From Anaeromyxobacter sp. (lineage in GTDB: Bacteria; Myxococcota; Myxococcia; Myxococcales; Anaeromyxobacteraceae), in the NCBI GenBank assembly GCA_049840735.1, contig JASGJN010000007.1:160001-224000 (forward strand): 64,000 nt of DNA, written 5' to 3'. The notes under the pieces are model-generated. The model was not told the origin of the DNA and did not search any database. It saw only the letters and a list, made by a program, of their open reading frames with translations. Shown one piece after another: positions 52,504 through 61,796 of this stretch (position 1 is the stretch's first letter; each line of letters starts with the position of its first letter). The translations under genes and the position numbers were made by a program.

Positions 52504-52923
52504 CTACTCCTCCAGCTCGCCCACGAAGGCATCGACCGAGGACATCACCTCGTCGTCGGCCAGCGGGTGCTGCCGGGCCCGGGCGATGATCTCCATCAGC
52601 CGCCGCTCCTCGCGCGGATCGTCCACCGCGTTCGCGATGCGGTGGATCATCCAGAGCGTGTGTGGCGTGGGGCGGCGCTCGATCGAGGCCACCAGCTCGC
52701 GGGTGAAGCTCTCGAGGTCCATGTCCTCCAGGAAGTGGACCAGCGAGCCGGGCTGGCCGAAGTCGAGCCCCGGGTGCTCCTCCATGAAGCGGAGCACCGG
52801 GACCAGCGCCTCGCGCCCGACGTTCAGCTCCTTCCAGAGCCCCACCAGCTCGTTGGACGCCTCGGGGAAGTTGCGGGCTCCGACGATCTCGCCCAGCTGC
52901 GCCTCGATGTCACGGGACTGCAT
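52504..52923 (-). CDS. Hypothetical acidic helical protein
   Basis: GGAGG RBS; 139 aa; HPGLDFGQPGSLVHFLE. Confidence 0.6.
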   Translation of the reverse strand: MQSRDIEAQLGEIVGARNFPEASNELVGLWKELNVGREALVPVLRFMEEHPGLDFGQPGSLVHFLEDMDLESFTRELVASIERRPTPHTLWMIHRIANAVDDPREERRLMEIIARARQHPLADDEVMSSVDAFVGELEE

Positions 52924-53068
52924 GGCGCCTCCGCTCTCCTGGCCGGCCGCCGGCCGTCGCCAGGGTGCAAGGAACTCTGCCACCACCGTTCGAGGGTGGG
53001 ATGCCGCGTTCGGGCCTACCCTGGTGCGCTAGCCTGAACCGCGGCTCTGCGGGGGAGCGAGCGGCGCC

Positions 53069-53521
53069 TCACGCCCCACCGGCCAGCGTCGCCTTGACCG
53101 ACAGCTCCACGTTTCCCTTCATCATCTGGGAGATGGGGCAGCCCTCCTTGGCCTCCTCGGCAGCGGTCTGGAAGGCGGCGCCCTCCAGCCCCGGGACGGT
53201 GCCGCGGACCTCCAGCGCGGAGGAGATGACCTTGAACCCTGCCCCGACCTTGTCGAAGGTCACGGTGGCGGTCACCTCCAGGCGCGTGGGCGGGGCGCGG
53301 CGCTTGGCCAGGTTGGCCGAGAGCGCCATCGAGAAGCAGCTGGCGTGGGCCGCGGCCACCAGCTCCTCCGGGCTGGTCTTGCCGCCCGGGTCCTCGGTGC
53401 GCGCGGCCCAGCTGACGGGCTGATCGCGCAGCGCCGGGCTGGAGCGCGTGGAGACGCGCCCGCTCCCGGACATGAGGTCACCTTCCCAGACCACCTCGGC
53501 ACGGCGGACGGCTGCGGCCAT
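53069..53521 (-). CDS. osmC: OsmC-family peroxiredoxin
   Basis: WEGDL..GSG, TSPEELVAAAHASCFSMAL, GCPIS. Confidence 0.9.
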   Translation of the reverse strand: MAAAVRRAEVVWEGDLMSGSGRVSTRSSPALRDQPVSWAARTEDPGGKTSPEELVAAAHASCFSMALSANLAKRRAPPTRLEVTATVTFDKVGAGFKVISSALEVRGTVPGLEGAAFQTAAEEAKEGCPISQMMKGNVELSVKATLAGGA

Positions 53522-53749
53522 GGATCCTCCTCGAGGCCGGGGCGGCGCGCCCCGGCGGATGCGCTCGGAAGATGGCCTCGCGCCCCGCGCCGCGCCGGGC
53601 GCGAACGGGCCGTCCGCGGATGCACGCGAGCGGCCGATCCGGCGCCCGCCCGCCCGGCTGCGTTCCGAGGCGCCCGGGCCGGCGCGCGCTGGCGCAGCCC
53701 AATGCCGCCGAGCGGCTGGAGTCGACCGAGCGGCGGGTGACGCGCTCGC

Positions 53750-54370
53750 TCAGGCCTGGGGCACCTGCGGCAGCACCGCCGGCTGGCCCCGCGCCGTCTC
53801 CACGGCCGCGCGCAGCCCGGTGGCTCCGGTGGAGCGCAGGTGCGTCCAGAGGTTGAGCTCCTCGCCCCACTGGACCGCGTTGGCCGGGTTGCCCTGCAGG
53901 AACGTGAGCAGCGCCGCCGGCGAGGTGGCCTCCGGGTCGAGGCCCCCGGCGCCGGGGTAGTCGGCCGCCTGGAGGGCGCGGACCACCGACTCGGAGCAGA
54001 AGAGCGCGCTGGGCGTGGGGAAGGGGTTCTTCCAGGGCCGCTGCTGGAACCAGCGGGCGATCAGCGTGAGGAAGATGCCGAACAGCCCCAGCACGTCGAA
54101 GCTCTGCCCCAGCCACTCCCCGGCGGCCGGCAGCGCCGGCTCGATGGGGTGGCCAGGGGCCACCAGCGCCACGACCTTGTTGTCCTTCACGAAGCGGGTG
54201 AAGGAGACCAGCCGGAACCCCGACGAGTGGGCCTCCAGCACCAGCCGGAGCTGGAAGAGGGGATCCTCCACCAGCAGCCAGGCGTGGCTGGTGACCGACC
54301 GGGTCATGGCCCGGATCAGCGCGGAGAGGGGGTTCCAGCGGCGCGGGGTCGAGAAGCCGACGTAGACCAT
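53750..54370 (-). CDS. Permuted papain-like (YaeF/YiiX-type) amidase
   Basis: Catalytic His (TSHAWL) precedes Cys (LFCSE); TSPAAL near the C-terminus. Confidence 0.6.
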   Translation of the reverse strand: MVYVGFSTPRRWNPLSALIRAMTRSVTSHAWLLVEDPLFQLRLVLEAHSSGFRLVSFTRFVKDNKVVALVAPGHPIEPALPAAGEWLGQSFDVLGLFGIFLTLIARWFQQRPWKNPFPTPSALFCSESVVRALQAADYPGAGGLDPEATSPAALLTFLQGNPANAVQWGEELNLWTHLRSTGATGLRAAVETARGQPAVLPQVPQA

Positions 54371-54453
54371 GCGCCCGAGCAGAGCACGGCCGCCGGGCGG
54401 CTGTCACGCGCAGTCGAGGACCGTGCGCCCGTTCGACCCGGCCCCGATCCCGC

Positions 54454-54705
54454 TCACCCGGCGCGCCGGACCGTCTTCCAGGGCTGCGCGTCGCCGTGCT
54501 CGTCCACCCGCACGCGCAGGTGGTCGGGGCCGCGCCAGACGCTCCCGGCGATGACGCGGGCCGGGACCCACGGGTAGCGCTTGCGGCTCTCGGCGGTGAC
54601 GAACACCACCGGCGAGACCGGGATCGCGTCCGGGACGGCGGCGGGGACGCCCTCCTCGGTGAGCTGGAGCGGCTCGACCCGGCGGAAGCCGGGGCCGCGG
54701 TTCAT
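54454..54705 (-). CDS. 83-aa hypothetical protein
   Basis: MNRGPGFRRVEPL...; GC3-biased codons; fills the intergenic gap. Confidence 0.45.
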   Translation of the reverse strand: MNRGPGFRRVEPLQLTEEGVPAAVPDAIPVSPVVFVTAESRKRYPWVPARVIAGSVWRGPDHLRVRVDEHGDAQPWKTVRRAG

Positions 54706-55059
54706 CCTGCTGTGACGGCCGCGGCGCTTGCCGGCGCGAGGCCCATTCCTGTTCTCGGCGTGAGGACGATCCAAAACGCGAAGCTCCTGCGAACGCCCGG
54801 CTGCCGGCGCGGCTGGCGCGGGCGGTCCTGGGCGAGATGTGGAACGTGGTGGCGCCAGTACGGCGGTCGGCGCGGGTCCGGCCCGAGGCCGTGACACCAC
54901 ACAAGATAGCGAAAATGTCCGGCGAGACAAGGGGTAGCGGCCGCGACCGGGCGCCCGAGGTGGGAGCTGATCACACCGGGGGCTCTCGCCGGGCCGCGCC
55001 CCTCCCCCAGCTTCGCTGGGCCCCCGCCCCCCCGCTCTCTCGTCTAGGATCACCGCCCC

Positions 55060-55854
55060 ATGCCCGCGCCCGCCACCGGCCAGACCGTCTTCCTGCTCGG
55101 CAGCGCCGCCAGCTTCATGGCCAGCCTGGGGACGGCGCTGGGCGCGCTGCCGGTCCTGGTGCTCCCGCCCGCCTCGCGCCGCGTGCAGGACGTGCTGCAG
55201 AGCATGGCGGCCGGGATCATGCTGGCCGCGACCGCCCTCTCGCTGGTGGTGCCGGGCCTGGCCGCGGCCACCGCGCGCACCGGGTCGCCGCTGGCGGGGG
55301 CGGCGGTGCTGACGGCGGGGGTGCTGCTCGGCAGCTGGGCCATCTGGTGGACCGACCAGCACACGCCGCACGAGCACTTCCTGAGGGGCCACGAGGGGCC
55401 CGCCAGCCGCCGGCTGCAGCAGGGCTGGCTGTTCACCTTCGCGCTCACCCTCCACAACGTGCCGGAGGGCATGGCGGTGGGCGTGGGCTACGGGGGCGGC
55501 GACGTCGCCAACGGCCACGCGCTGGCGCTGGCCATCTTCCTGCAAAACGTCCCGGAGGGCTTCCTGGTGGCGCTGGCGCTGGCCGCGGCCGGCTTCCGGC
55601 GCCGCCGGGCCGTGCTGGTCTCCTGCGCCACCGGGGTGGTCGAGTCGGTGGGCGGGGTGGTGGGGGCGGCGGCGGTGGCGGTCTCGGCGGCGATCCTCCC
55701 CTGGGCCATGGGGTTCGCGGCCGGCGCCATGCTGTACGTCATCAGCCACGAGATCATCCCCGAGACCCACCACAACGGCCACGAGGACGCCGCGACCTTC
55801 GGGCTGCTGGTGGGGTTCGCGCTGATGGTGCTGATGAACGCGGCGTTCCAGTGA
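55060..55854 (+). CDS. ZIP-family metal transporter (ZupT/GufA-like)
   Basis: PHEH loop, LHNVPEGMAVG, LQNVPEG, AAGAMLYVISHEIIPE. Confidence 0.9.
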   Translation: MPAPATGQTVFLLGSAASFMASLGTALGALPVLVLPPASRRVQDVLQSMAAGIMLAATALSLVVPGLAAATARTGSPLAGAAVLTAGVLLGSWAIWWTDQHTPHEHFLRGHEGPASRRLQQGWLFTFALTLHNVPEGMAVGVGYGGGDVANGHALALAIFLQNVPEGFLVALALAAAGFRRRRAVLVSCATGVVESVGGVVGAAAVAVSAAILPWAMGFAAGAMLYVISHEIIPETHHNGHEDAATFGLLVGFALMVLMNAAFQ

Positions 55855-56056
55855 GCGGTCCGCCTCGGGGCCCCTGGGCCCGCGAGCCATGCGCGGGGCG
55901 GGTCGCGTCGTCCCGCGCGGTGGGCGGGGGAGGCCTCCACCCGTCCCTGCCGGCGGGCCCCCGAGGGGCCCGATCTCCCGGTCCTGCTCTACTTGTCGTG
56001 AACTCCGGCCGAAGGCGCTAGGATTGGACCGGCTGTGAATCCTGCCGGGCGGATCG

Positions 56057-57946
56057 ATGACCTTCGCCGCCAGCATCGCCATGATCTCGGCGGGCATCGC
56101 CTGCTACGTCGCCGTGCTCAGCGCGCAGCTGGCGCGCGCGCCGGGGTGGCGCGAGCAGCGCTTCTTCTCGCTGGCCGCGGTGGCGGTCGCCGCCTACGCG
56201 CTGCTCAACCTGCCCACCACCGGCCAGGTGCTCGACGACCACGCGGTGGTCACCTGCTCGCGCATCCAGTTCGCCCTGGCGGCGCTCCACACCTACGCCT
56301 GGCTCCGCTACTCCAGCGTGCTGCTGGGCCAGCCCACCTCGCGGCTCGATCGCCGGCTGATCCCGCTGCTGGTGGCGCTGGGGGCGCTGGGCGCGCTCAC
56401 CCCGGCCTTCCTCACCGGCGCGGTCCGCCGCGACGTCTTCGCCCCCACCGGCAACGTCTACCGGACCGCCGAGACCACCGCGGCCGGCGGGGTGGCCTAC
56501 CTGGTCGTGCTGGGGCTCCTGGCCGTCCCGGCGGCCCGCTTCGTGCGCGCCTGGCGGCGCGGGCAGCGCAACACCGGCGTGCAGGCCGTGGCGCTGGGCG
56601 TGCTGCTCTGCATGGGCGTGAACGACGCCCTGGTGGCGGCGGGCCTGCTGCGGACGCCCTACCTGGTGGACGTGGCCTTCCTGGCCCCGCTGGTGGCGGT
56701 GGCGTATGCGCTCACCGCCCGCTTCGTGGCCGACGCCCGGGCGCACGAGGCGCTGCAGCGCGACCTGGTCCGGCAGGTGGCGGACCGGACGGCGGAGCTG
56801 GGGCGGGCCCAGGAGGCGCTCTACCGGGCCGAGAAGCTGGCCGCCCTGGGCCAGTTCGCGGCCGGCGTGGCCCACGACGTCAACAACCCGGCCGCGGTCG
56901 TGACGGCCAACCTGCAGTTCCTGGTCGAGAACGAGGGGCCGGTGCTCTCCGCCAGCGGCCGCGAGGCGCTGGAGGAGTCGCAGGTGGCCATGGGGCGGCT
57001 GGGCGGGATCGTCCGCCAGCTGCTGGACGCCGGGCGGCTGGCGGCTTCGCCCGAGTCGCGGACCGCGGTGGCGCTGCGGCCGCTGGTGGAGCACGCCTTC
57101 TCGGTGGCGCGCGCCCGCTTCGGCAAGCGCGTGCGGCTGGTCAACGCGGTCCGGGAGGACGTGGGGGCGCTGGCCGGGGAGGGGGTCCTCTCGCAGGTGC
57201 TGACGAACCTGGTGGTCAACGCGGTGCAGGCCATCCCCGACCAGCGCAGGGACGGCCAGGTCATCGTGGGGGCCGAGCGTGACGGGCCGCGGGTGCGCAT
57301 CCTGGTGGACGACAACGGCGCGGGCATGCCGCCGGAGGTGCTGCGGCGGGTCTTCGAGCCCTTCTTCACCACCAAGCCCTTCGGGAGCGGCCACGGGCTG
57401 GGGCTGGCGGTGTCGCGCGGCCTGGTCGCCAGCCTCGGCGGCGACCTGCGGCTCGAGAGCAGCGCCGGGGAGGGCACCTGCGCGGTGGTCGAGCTGCAGG
57501 CGGCCGCTGCGCCCACCCCGCGGGCCGGGCCCGCGCGGCTGGAGCCGCCCGCGGGCGCCCGGCTCCACCTCCTGCTGGTGGACGACGAGCCGCCGGTGCT
57601 CTCCTCCCTGCGCCGGCTGCTGGAGGCGCGCTTCGGCATCGAGCTGGCGTCCGGGGTGGACGAGGCGCTGGGCCGGCTCCAGGTCGAGCCCTTCGACCTG
57701 GTGCTCTGCGACGTGATGATGCCCGCCGGCGGCGGCGAGCGGCTCTACCGGACGCTGCTCGAGCAGCGGCCGGCGCTGGCCCGCCGGCTGGTGTTCCTGA
57801 CCGGTGGCGCGGTGACCGACGCCGCGCGGCGCTTCCTCCACACGCAGCCGCAGCCGGTGCTGCTCAAGCCGCTGGACGTGGCGCAGCTGTCCCGGGTGGC
57901 CGAGCGCGTGGCGGCCAGCGGCGACGCGCGACCGGCGCCGGCCTGA
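56057..57946 (+). CDS. Hybrid sensor histidine kinase (multi-TM input, HisKA/HATPase, REC)
   Basis: AGVAHDVNNP, NLVVNA, DNGAG, FEPFFTTK, GLGL; REC motifs LVDDE, LCDVMMP, KP. Confidence 0.92.
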   Translation: MTFAASIAMISAGIACYVAVLSAQLARAPGWREQRFFSLAAVAVAAYALLNLPTTGQVLDDHAVVTCSRIQFALAALHTYAWLRYSSVLLGQPTSRLDRRLIPLLVALGALGALTPAFLTGAVRRDVFAPTGNVYRTAETTAAGGVAYLVVLGLLAVPAARFVRAWRRGQRNTGVQAVALGVLLCMGVNDALVAAGLLRTPYLVDVAFLAPLVAVAYALTARFVADARAHEALQRDLVRQVADRTAELGRAQEALYRAEKLAALGQFAAGVAHDVNNPAAVVTANLQFLVENEGPVLSASGREALEESQVAMGRLGGIVRQLLDAGRLAASPESRTAVALRPLVEHAFSVARARFGKRVRLVNAVREDVGALAGEGVLSQVLTNLVVNAVQAIPDQRRDGQVIVGAERDGPRVRILVDDNGAGMPPEVLRRVFEPFFTTKPFGSGHGLGLAVSRGLVASLGGDLRLESSAGEGTCAVVELQAAAAPTPRAGPARLEPPAGARLHLLLVDDEPPVLSSLRRLLEARFGIELASGVDEALGRLQVEPFDLVLCDVMMPAGGGERLYRTLLEQRPALARRLVFLTGGAVTDAARRFLHTQPQPVLLKPLDVAQLSRVAERVAASGDARPAPA

Positions 57947-58048
57947 AGGCGTCGCGCGCGAGCGCGGCAGGGCCCCAGGCGTCGGGAGAGACCCCACTTC
58001 ACCGGGTGCTGCGCGTGGCCTACCGCTACTGAGGGTGTGATGTCCTGT

Positions 58049-58079
58049 AGGTGAAACTCACCCCGCGTGAGGTTCACCT
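58049..58079. promoter_or_regulatory. Inverted repeat, putative operator upstream of spt
   Basis: aggtgaaactcac-cccgc-gtgaggttcacct: 13-bp arms with one mismatch. Confidence 0.5.
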
Positions 58080-58172
58080 TCCGCGTCAGACACGATCGGT
58101 ACGGTCCCTCCCGGCCGGTGCTCCGGCCCCGCCGCCCTCCCTTCCCCCGGGGCGGCTGCAGAGGAGAGACCC

Positions 58173-59399
58173 ATGGACGTGTTCGCCAAGTGCGCAGCGC
58201 CCCCGCAGGCCAAGCAGCTCCGCGACGCCGGCTTCGACGCCTACTACCGCGTGCTGCAGTCCCCGCCGGACACCGAGGTGGTGGTGGACGGCCGGCGCAT
58301 GATCATGCTCGGCTCCAACAACTACCTGGGGCTGGCCGCCCACCCGCGCGTCAAGCGCGCGGCGATGGACGCGGTCGAGGCCTGGGGCGCCGGCACCACC
58401 GGCTCGCGGTGCCTGAACGGCACGCTGGAGCTCCACGCCGCGCTGGAGCGGCAGCTGGCGCGCTTCTTCCGGCGTGACGACGCGCTCTTCTTCACCTCCG
58501 GCTACATGGCCAACCTGGGCGTCATCTCCGGGCTGGCCGGCCGCGGCGACGTGGTGGTGGTGGACCGGCGCGCCCACGCCTCCATCCTCGACGGCGCGCG
58601 CCTCTCGCAGGCGGAGGTGAAGCGGTTCAGGCACAACGACGCCGAGGACCTGCGGCGGGTGCTGGCCTCCTGCGGCGACGCCGGCAAGCTGGTGGCGGTG
58701 GACGGCGTCTACTCCATGGAGGGCGAGATCGCGCCGCTGGCCCGCATCGTCGAGGCCTGCCGCGCCCACGGCGCGCGCCTGGTGCTGGACGACGCGCACG
58801 GCCTGGGGGTGCTGGGCCGGACCGGCCGCGGCACCGCCGAGCACTTCGGGCTGGAGGACCAGGTCGACGTGCTGGTCGGCACCACCAGCAAGTCGCTGCC
58901 GGCGGTGGGCGGCTTCGCAGTGGCCGACCAGGCGGTGATCGACTTCCTGCGCTACGGCCAGACCTGCCGGCCGTTCCTGTTCGCGGCCAGCCCGCCGGCG
59001 GCGGCGGTGGCCGCGGTGCGCGAGGCGCTGCGGGTGATGGAGCAGGAGCCGGGTCTGCGCGACCGGCTCTGGGCCCTCACCCGCCGCGTGCTGCACGCGC
59101 TGCGCGGGATGGGGTTCGACACCGGCGCCTCGCAGACGCCCATCGTGCCGGTGGTGATGGGGCCCGTGGAGCGGACCTTCGACGCCTGGCGGATGCTGAG
59201 CGAGGAGGGCGTGTTCGTGAACGTGGTGCTGCCCCCGGCGGTGCCGGCCGGCGCCTGCCTGATCCGGATGACGCTCACGGCGGCCCACACCGACGAGCAG
59301 ATCGACCGGGTGCTGGGGGCGCTGGAGCGGGTGGGGCGCCGGCTGGGGATCATCCCCGGCGGCGTCGCCGAGCCGGTGGCGGCGCGGAGGGCGGGGTAG
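58173..59399 (+). CDS. spt: Alpha-oxoamine synthase, most like serine palmitoyltransferase
   Basis: MLGSNNYLGL, GTTGSRCLNGT, HASILDG, DGVYSMEG, DDAHG, GTTSKS (PLP lysine). Confidence 0.7.
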   Translation: MDVFAKCAAPPQAKQLRDAGFDAYYRVLQSPPDTEVVVDGRRMIMLGSNNYLGLAAHPRVKRAAMDAVEAWGAGTTGSRCLNGTLELHAALERQLARFFRRDDALFFTSGYMANLGVISGLAGRGDVVVVDRRAHASILDGARLSQAEVKRFRHNDAEDLRRVLASCGDAGKLVAVDGVYSMEGEIAPLARIVEACRAHGARLVLDDAHGLGVLGRTGRGTAEHFGLEDQVDVLVGTTSKSLPAVGGFAVADQAVIDFLRYGQTCRPFLFAASPPAAAVAAVREALRVMEQEPGLRDRLWALTRRVLHALRGMGFDTGASQTPIVPVVMGPVERTFDAWRMLSEEGVFVNVVLPPAVPAGACLIRMTLTAAHTDEQIDRVLGALERVGRRLGIIPGGVAEPVAARRAG

Positions 59400-59415
59400 G
59401 GAGGCCCCAGCCGCC

Positions 59416-59484
59416 CAGGCCGAACGGGTTCACGGACCGTTCGGCCTGAGCGTAGGGCCGCGCAGCGGCCCGGAGTCGAAGGCC
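59416..59484. repeat. REP/REPIN-like palindromic element between convergent genes
   Basis: caggccgaacgg / ccgttcggcctg perfect 12-bp inverted repeat, followed by agcgta-gggccgc-gca-gcggccc-ggagtcgaaggcc. Confidence 0.65.
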
Positions 59485-59489
59485 AGGGC

Positions 59490-61634
59490 CTAGTTGGGCG
59501 GGGCCGACGGAGCCGCCGGGGGCGCCGGGAAGCCCCGCTTGCGCATCAGCGCGCCGATGTCCTGGTCGCGGCCGCGGAAGCGCCGGTAGCCCTCGGCCGG
59601 ATCGATGGTGTTGCCCACCGAGAAGACGTCGTCCTTGAGCCGCTTCGCCACCGCCTTGTCGTACGGGCTGCCCGCCTCGGTGAAGGCCTCGTACGCGTCG
59701 GCGCTGATGGTGTCGGCCCAGAGGTAGCTGTAGTAGCCGGCCGCGTACCCGTCGCCGCTGAAGAGGTGGTTGAACTGCGGCAGCCGGTGGCGCATGACGA
59801 TCTCGGCCGGCATGCCCAGCCCGGCCAGCGTCTCCTTCTCGAAGGCGCTCACGTCCGCCACCTGGCCGGCCAGGTGCAGCTTCATGTCCACCAGCGCGGA
59901 GGAGAGGTACTCCACCGTGGCGAAGCCCTGGTTGAAGGTGGAGGCCTTCTGGATCTTGCGCACCAGCTCCGCCGGGATGGGCTCGTTGGTCTGGTGGTGC
60001 CGGGCGAAGCGCTGCAGCACCTCCGGCGTCTCCAGCCACCGCTCCAGGACCTGCGACGGGAACTCGACGTAGTCGCTCGGGACGTTGGTGCCGGAGAGGG
60101 TGGGGTAGGTGACGCTGGACGCCAGGCCGTGCAGCGCGTGGCCGAACTCGTGGAAGAGCGTCTCGGCGTCGGTCCAGCTCACCAGCACCGGCTCGCCCGG
60201 CTTCGGCTTCACGAAGTTGGCGTTGTTGGAGACGATGGTGGTGATGGGGCGCTCGAACCGCTCCTGGTTGCGGTACGCGTTCATCCAGGCGCCGGAGCGC
60301 TTCCCCTCGCGCGCGTACGGGTCGAAGTACCAGAGGCCGACCAGCCGCCCCTTGCCGTCGGTGACCTCCCAGACGCGCACGTCGGGGTGGTAGACCGGGA
60401 CGCCGCGGGCCGGCTTGAAGTGCAGGTCGAAGAGCTGGCCCGCCACCCAGAACATGCCCTCGCGCAGCTGCTCCAGCTGGAGGTAGGGCTTCACCGCGTT
60501 CTCGTCCAGGTCGTAGCGGGCCTTGCGGACCTTCTCGGCGTAGAACCGGTAGTCCCAGGGCGCGATGGTCAGGCCGGCCTTCTCCTGGTCGGCGATGGCC
60601 TGCATGTCCTTCACCTCCTCGCGGACGCGGGCCACCGCGGCCGGCCAGACCGCCTCCATCAGCTTCATGGCGCGGTCCGGCGTGCCGGCCATGGTGTCGC
60701 CCAGCTTCCAGTGGGCGTAGGTCGGGAACCCGAGCAGCCGGGCCCGCTCGGCGCGCAGCTGGACGATCTCGGCGATGACCGCCTTGTTGTCGGTGGGGCC
60801 GCCGTTGTCGCCGCGCATGATGAAGTTGCGCCAGACCTTCTCGCGCAGGTCGCGCCGGGTGGAGTAGGCGAGGAACGGCTCGATGGAGGAGCGGGTGTTG
60901 AGGACGGCCCACTTCGCCGGCTGCCCCTTGGCGGCGGCCGCGGCCGCGGCGGCGGAGACCACCGACTCGGGCAGGCCGGCCAGGTCGGCCTGCGCCTCGA
61001 GGAAGGTGGTGTAGCCGCCCTCGTCCTTGAGCAGGTTCTGGCCGAAGGTGGTGGTCAGCGTGGCAAGCCGCTCGTTGATGGCGGCGATCCGCTTCTTCCC
61101 GGCCTCGTCCACCCCGGCGCCGGCCAGCACGAAGGTGGTGTGGTAGCGCCAGGCCAGGCGCCGCTGCTCCGGCGTGCGCAGCCACTCGCGCGCCCAGTAG
61201 ACCGCCTCGATGCGCGAGAAGAGCTTCGTGTTCTGGACGATCCGGTCGCTGTGCGCGGCCAGCTTGGGCGCCAGCGCCTGCTCGACCTGCTGGAACTCCG
61301 GCGAGCTGAGGGCGGAGGACCAGATGCCGTAGATGGTCACCACGCGGTCGAGCGAGCGGCCGGAGCGCTCCATGGCGGCGAGGGTGTTGTCGAAGGTGGG
61401 CGGCTCCTTGCTGTTCGCGATCCGGTCCACCGCGGCCAGCTGCTCCGCCATGGCGGCCTCGAGCGCGGGGCCAATCTCCTCGACCTTCACCTTGTCGAAC
61501 GGCGGGAGGCCGCCGTAGGGGCCGGTCCAGGAGGCGAGGAGCGGGTTCTTCACGTGAGCCTCGGCGGGATGGGCCGCGCCGGCGGGGCCGGCCAGCAGGG
61601 CGACGGACGTGAGCAGGCTGAAAAGATGCGTCAT
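59490..61634 (-). CDS. dcp: M3 dipeptidyl carboxypeptidase
   Basis: Signal peptide; NPLL..W..PYGGLPPF, KRSGAWM, FHEFGHALH, VEFPSQ, GYAAGYYSYLWA. Confidence 0.9.
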   Translation of the reverse strand: MTHLFSLLTSVALLAGPAGAAHPAEAHVKNPLLASWTGPYGGLPPFDKVKVEEIGPALEAAMAEQLAAVDRIANSKEPPTFDNTLAAMERSGRSLDRVVTIYGIWSSALSSPEFQQVEQALAPKLAAHSDRIVQNTKLFSRIEAVYWAREWLRTPEQRRLAWRYHTTFVLAGAGVDEAGKKRIAAINERLATLTTTFGQNLLKDEGGYTTFLEAQADLAGLPESVVSAAAAAAAAKGQPAKWAVLNTRSSIEPFLAYSTRRDLREKVWRNFIMRGDNGGPTDNKAVIAEIVQLRAERARLLGFPTYAHWKLGDTMAGTPDRAMKLMEAVWPAAVARVREEVKDMQAIADQEKAGLTIAPWDYRFYAEKVRKARYDLDENAVKPYLQLEQLREGMFWVAGQLFDLHFKPARGVPVYHPDVRVWEVTDGKGRLVGLWYFDPYAREGKRSGAWMNAYRNQERFERPITTIVSNNANFVKPKPGEPVLVSWTDAETLFHEFGHALHGLASSVTYPTLSGTNVPSDYVEFPSQVLERWLETPEVLQRFARHHQTNEPIPAELVRKIQKASTFNQGFATVEYLSSALVDMKLHLAGQVADVSAFEKETLAGLGMPAEIVMRHRLPQFNHLFSGDGYAAGYYSYLWADTISADAYEAFTEAGSPYDKAVAKRLKDDVFSVGNTIDPAEGYRRFRGRDQDIGALMRKRGFPAPPAAPSAPPN

Positions 61635-61796
61635 CGATGGGTCCTCCGCGATGCGGGAGCGACTGTTCTCGGACGACGCGCCCGCCGGGTCAAGGCGTCG
61701 GTGGTGACCCAGGCCAGCTACCTCGCGAGGAGCGCCCCGGCCGCCCGCCCTCCGGCGTCCCGCTTTCCCCGCCCGGTGCCCTGCCGCCGGGGGAAG

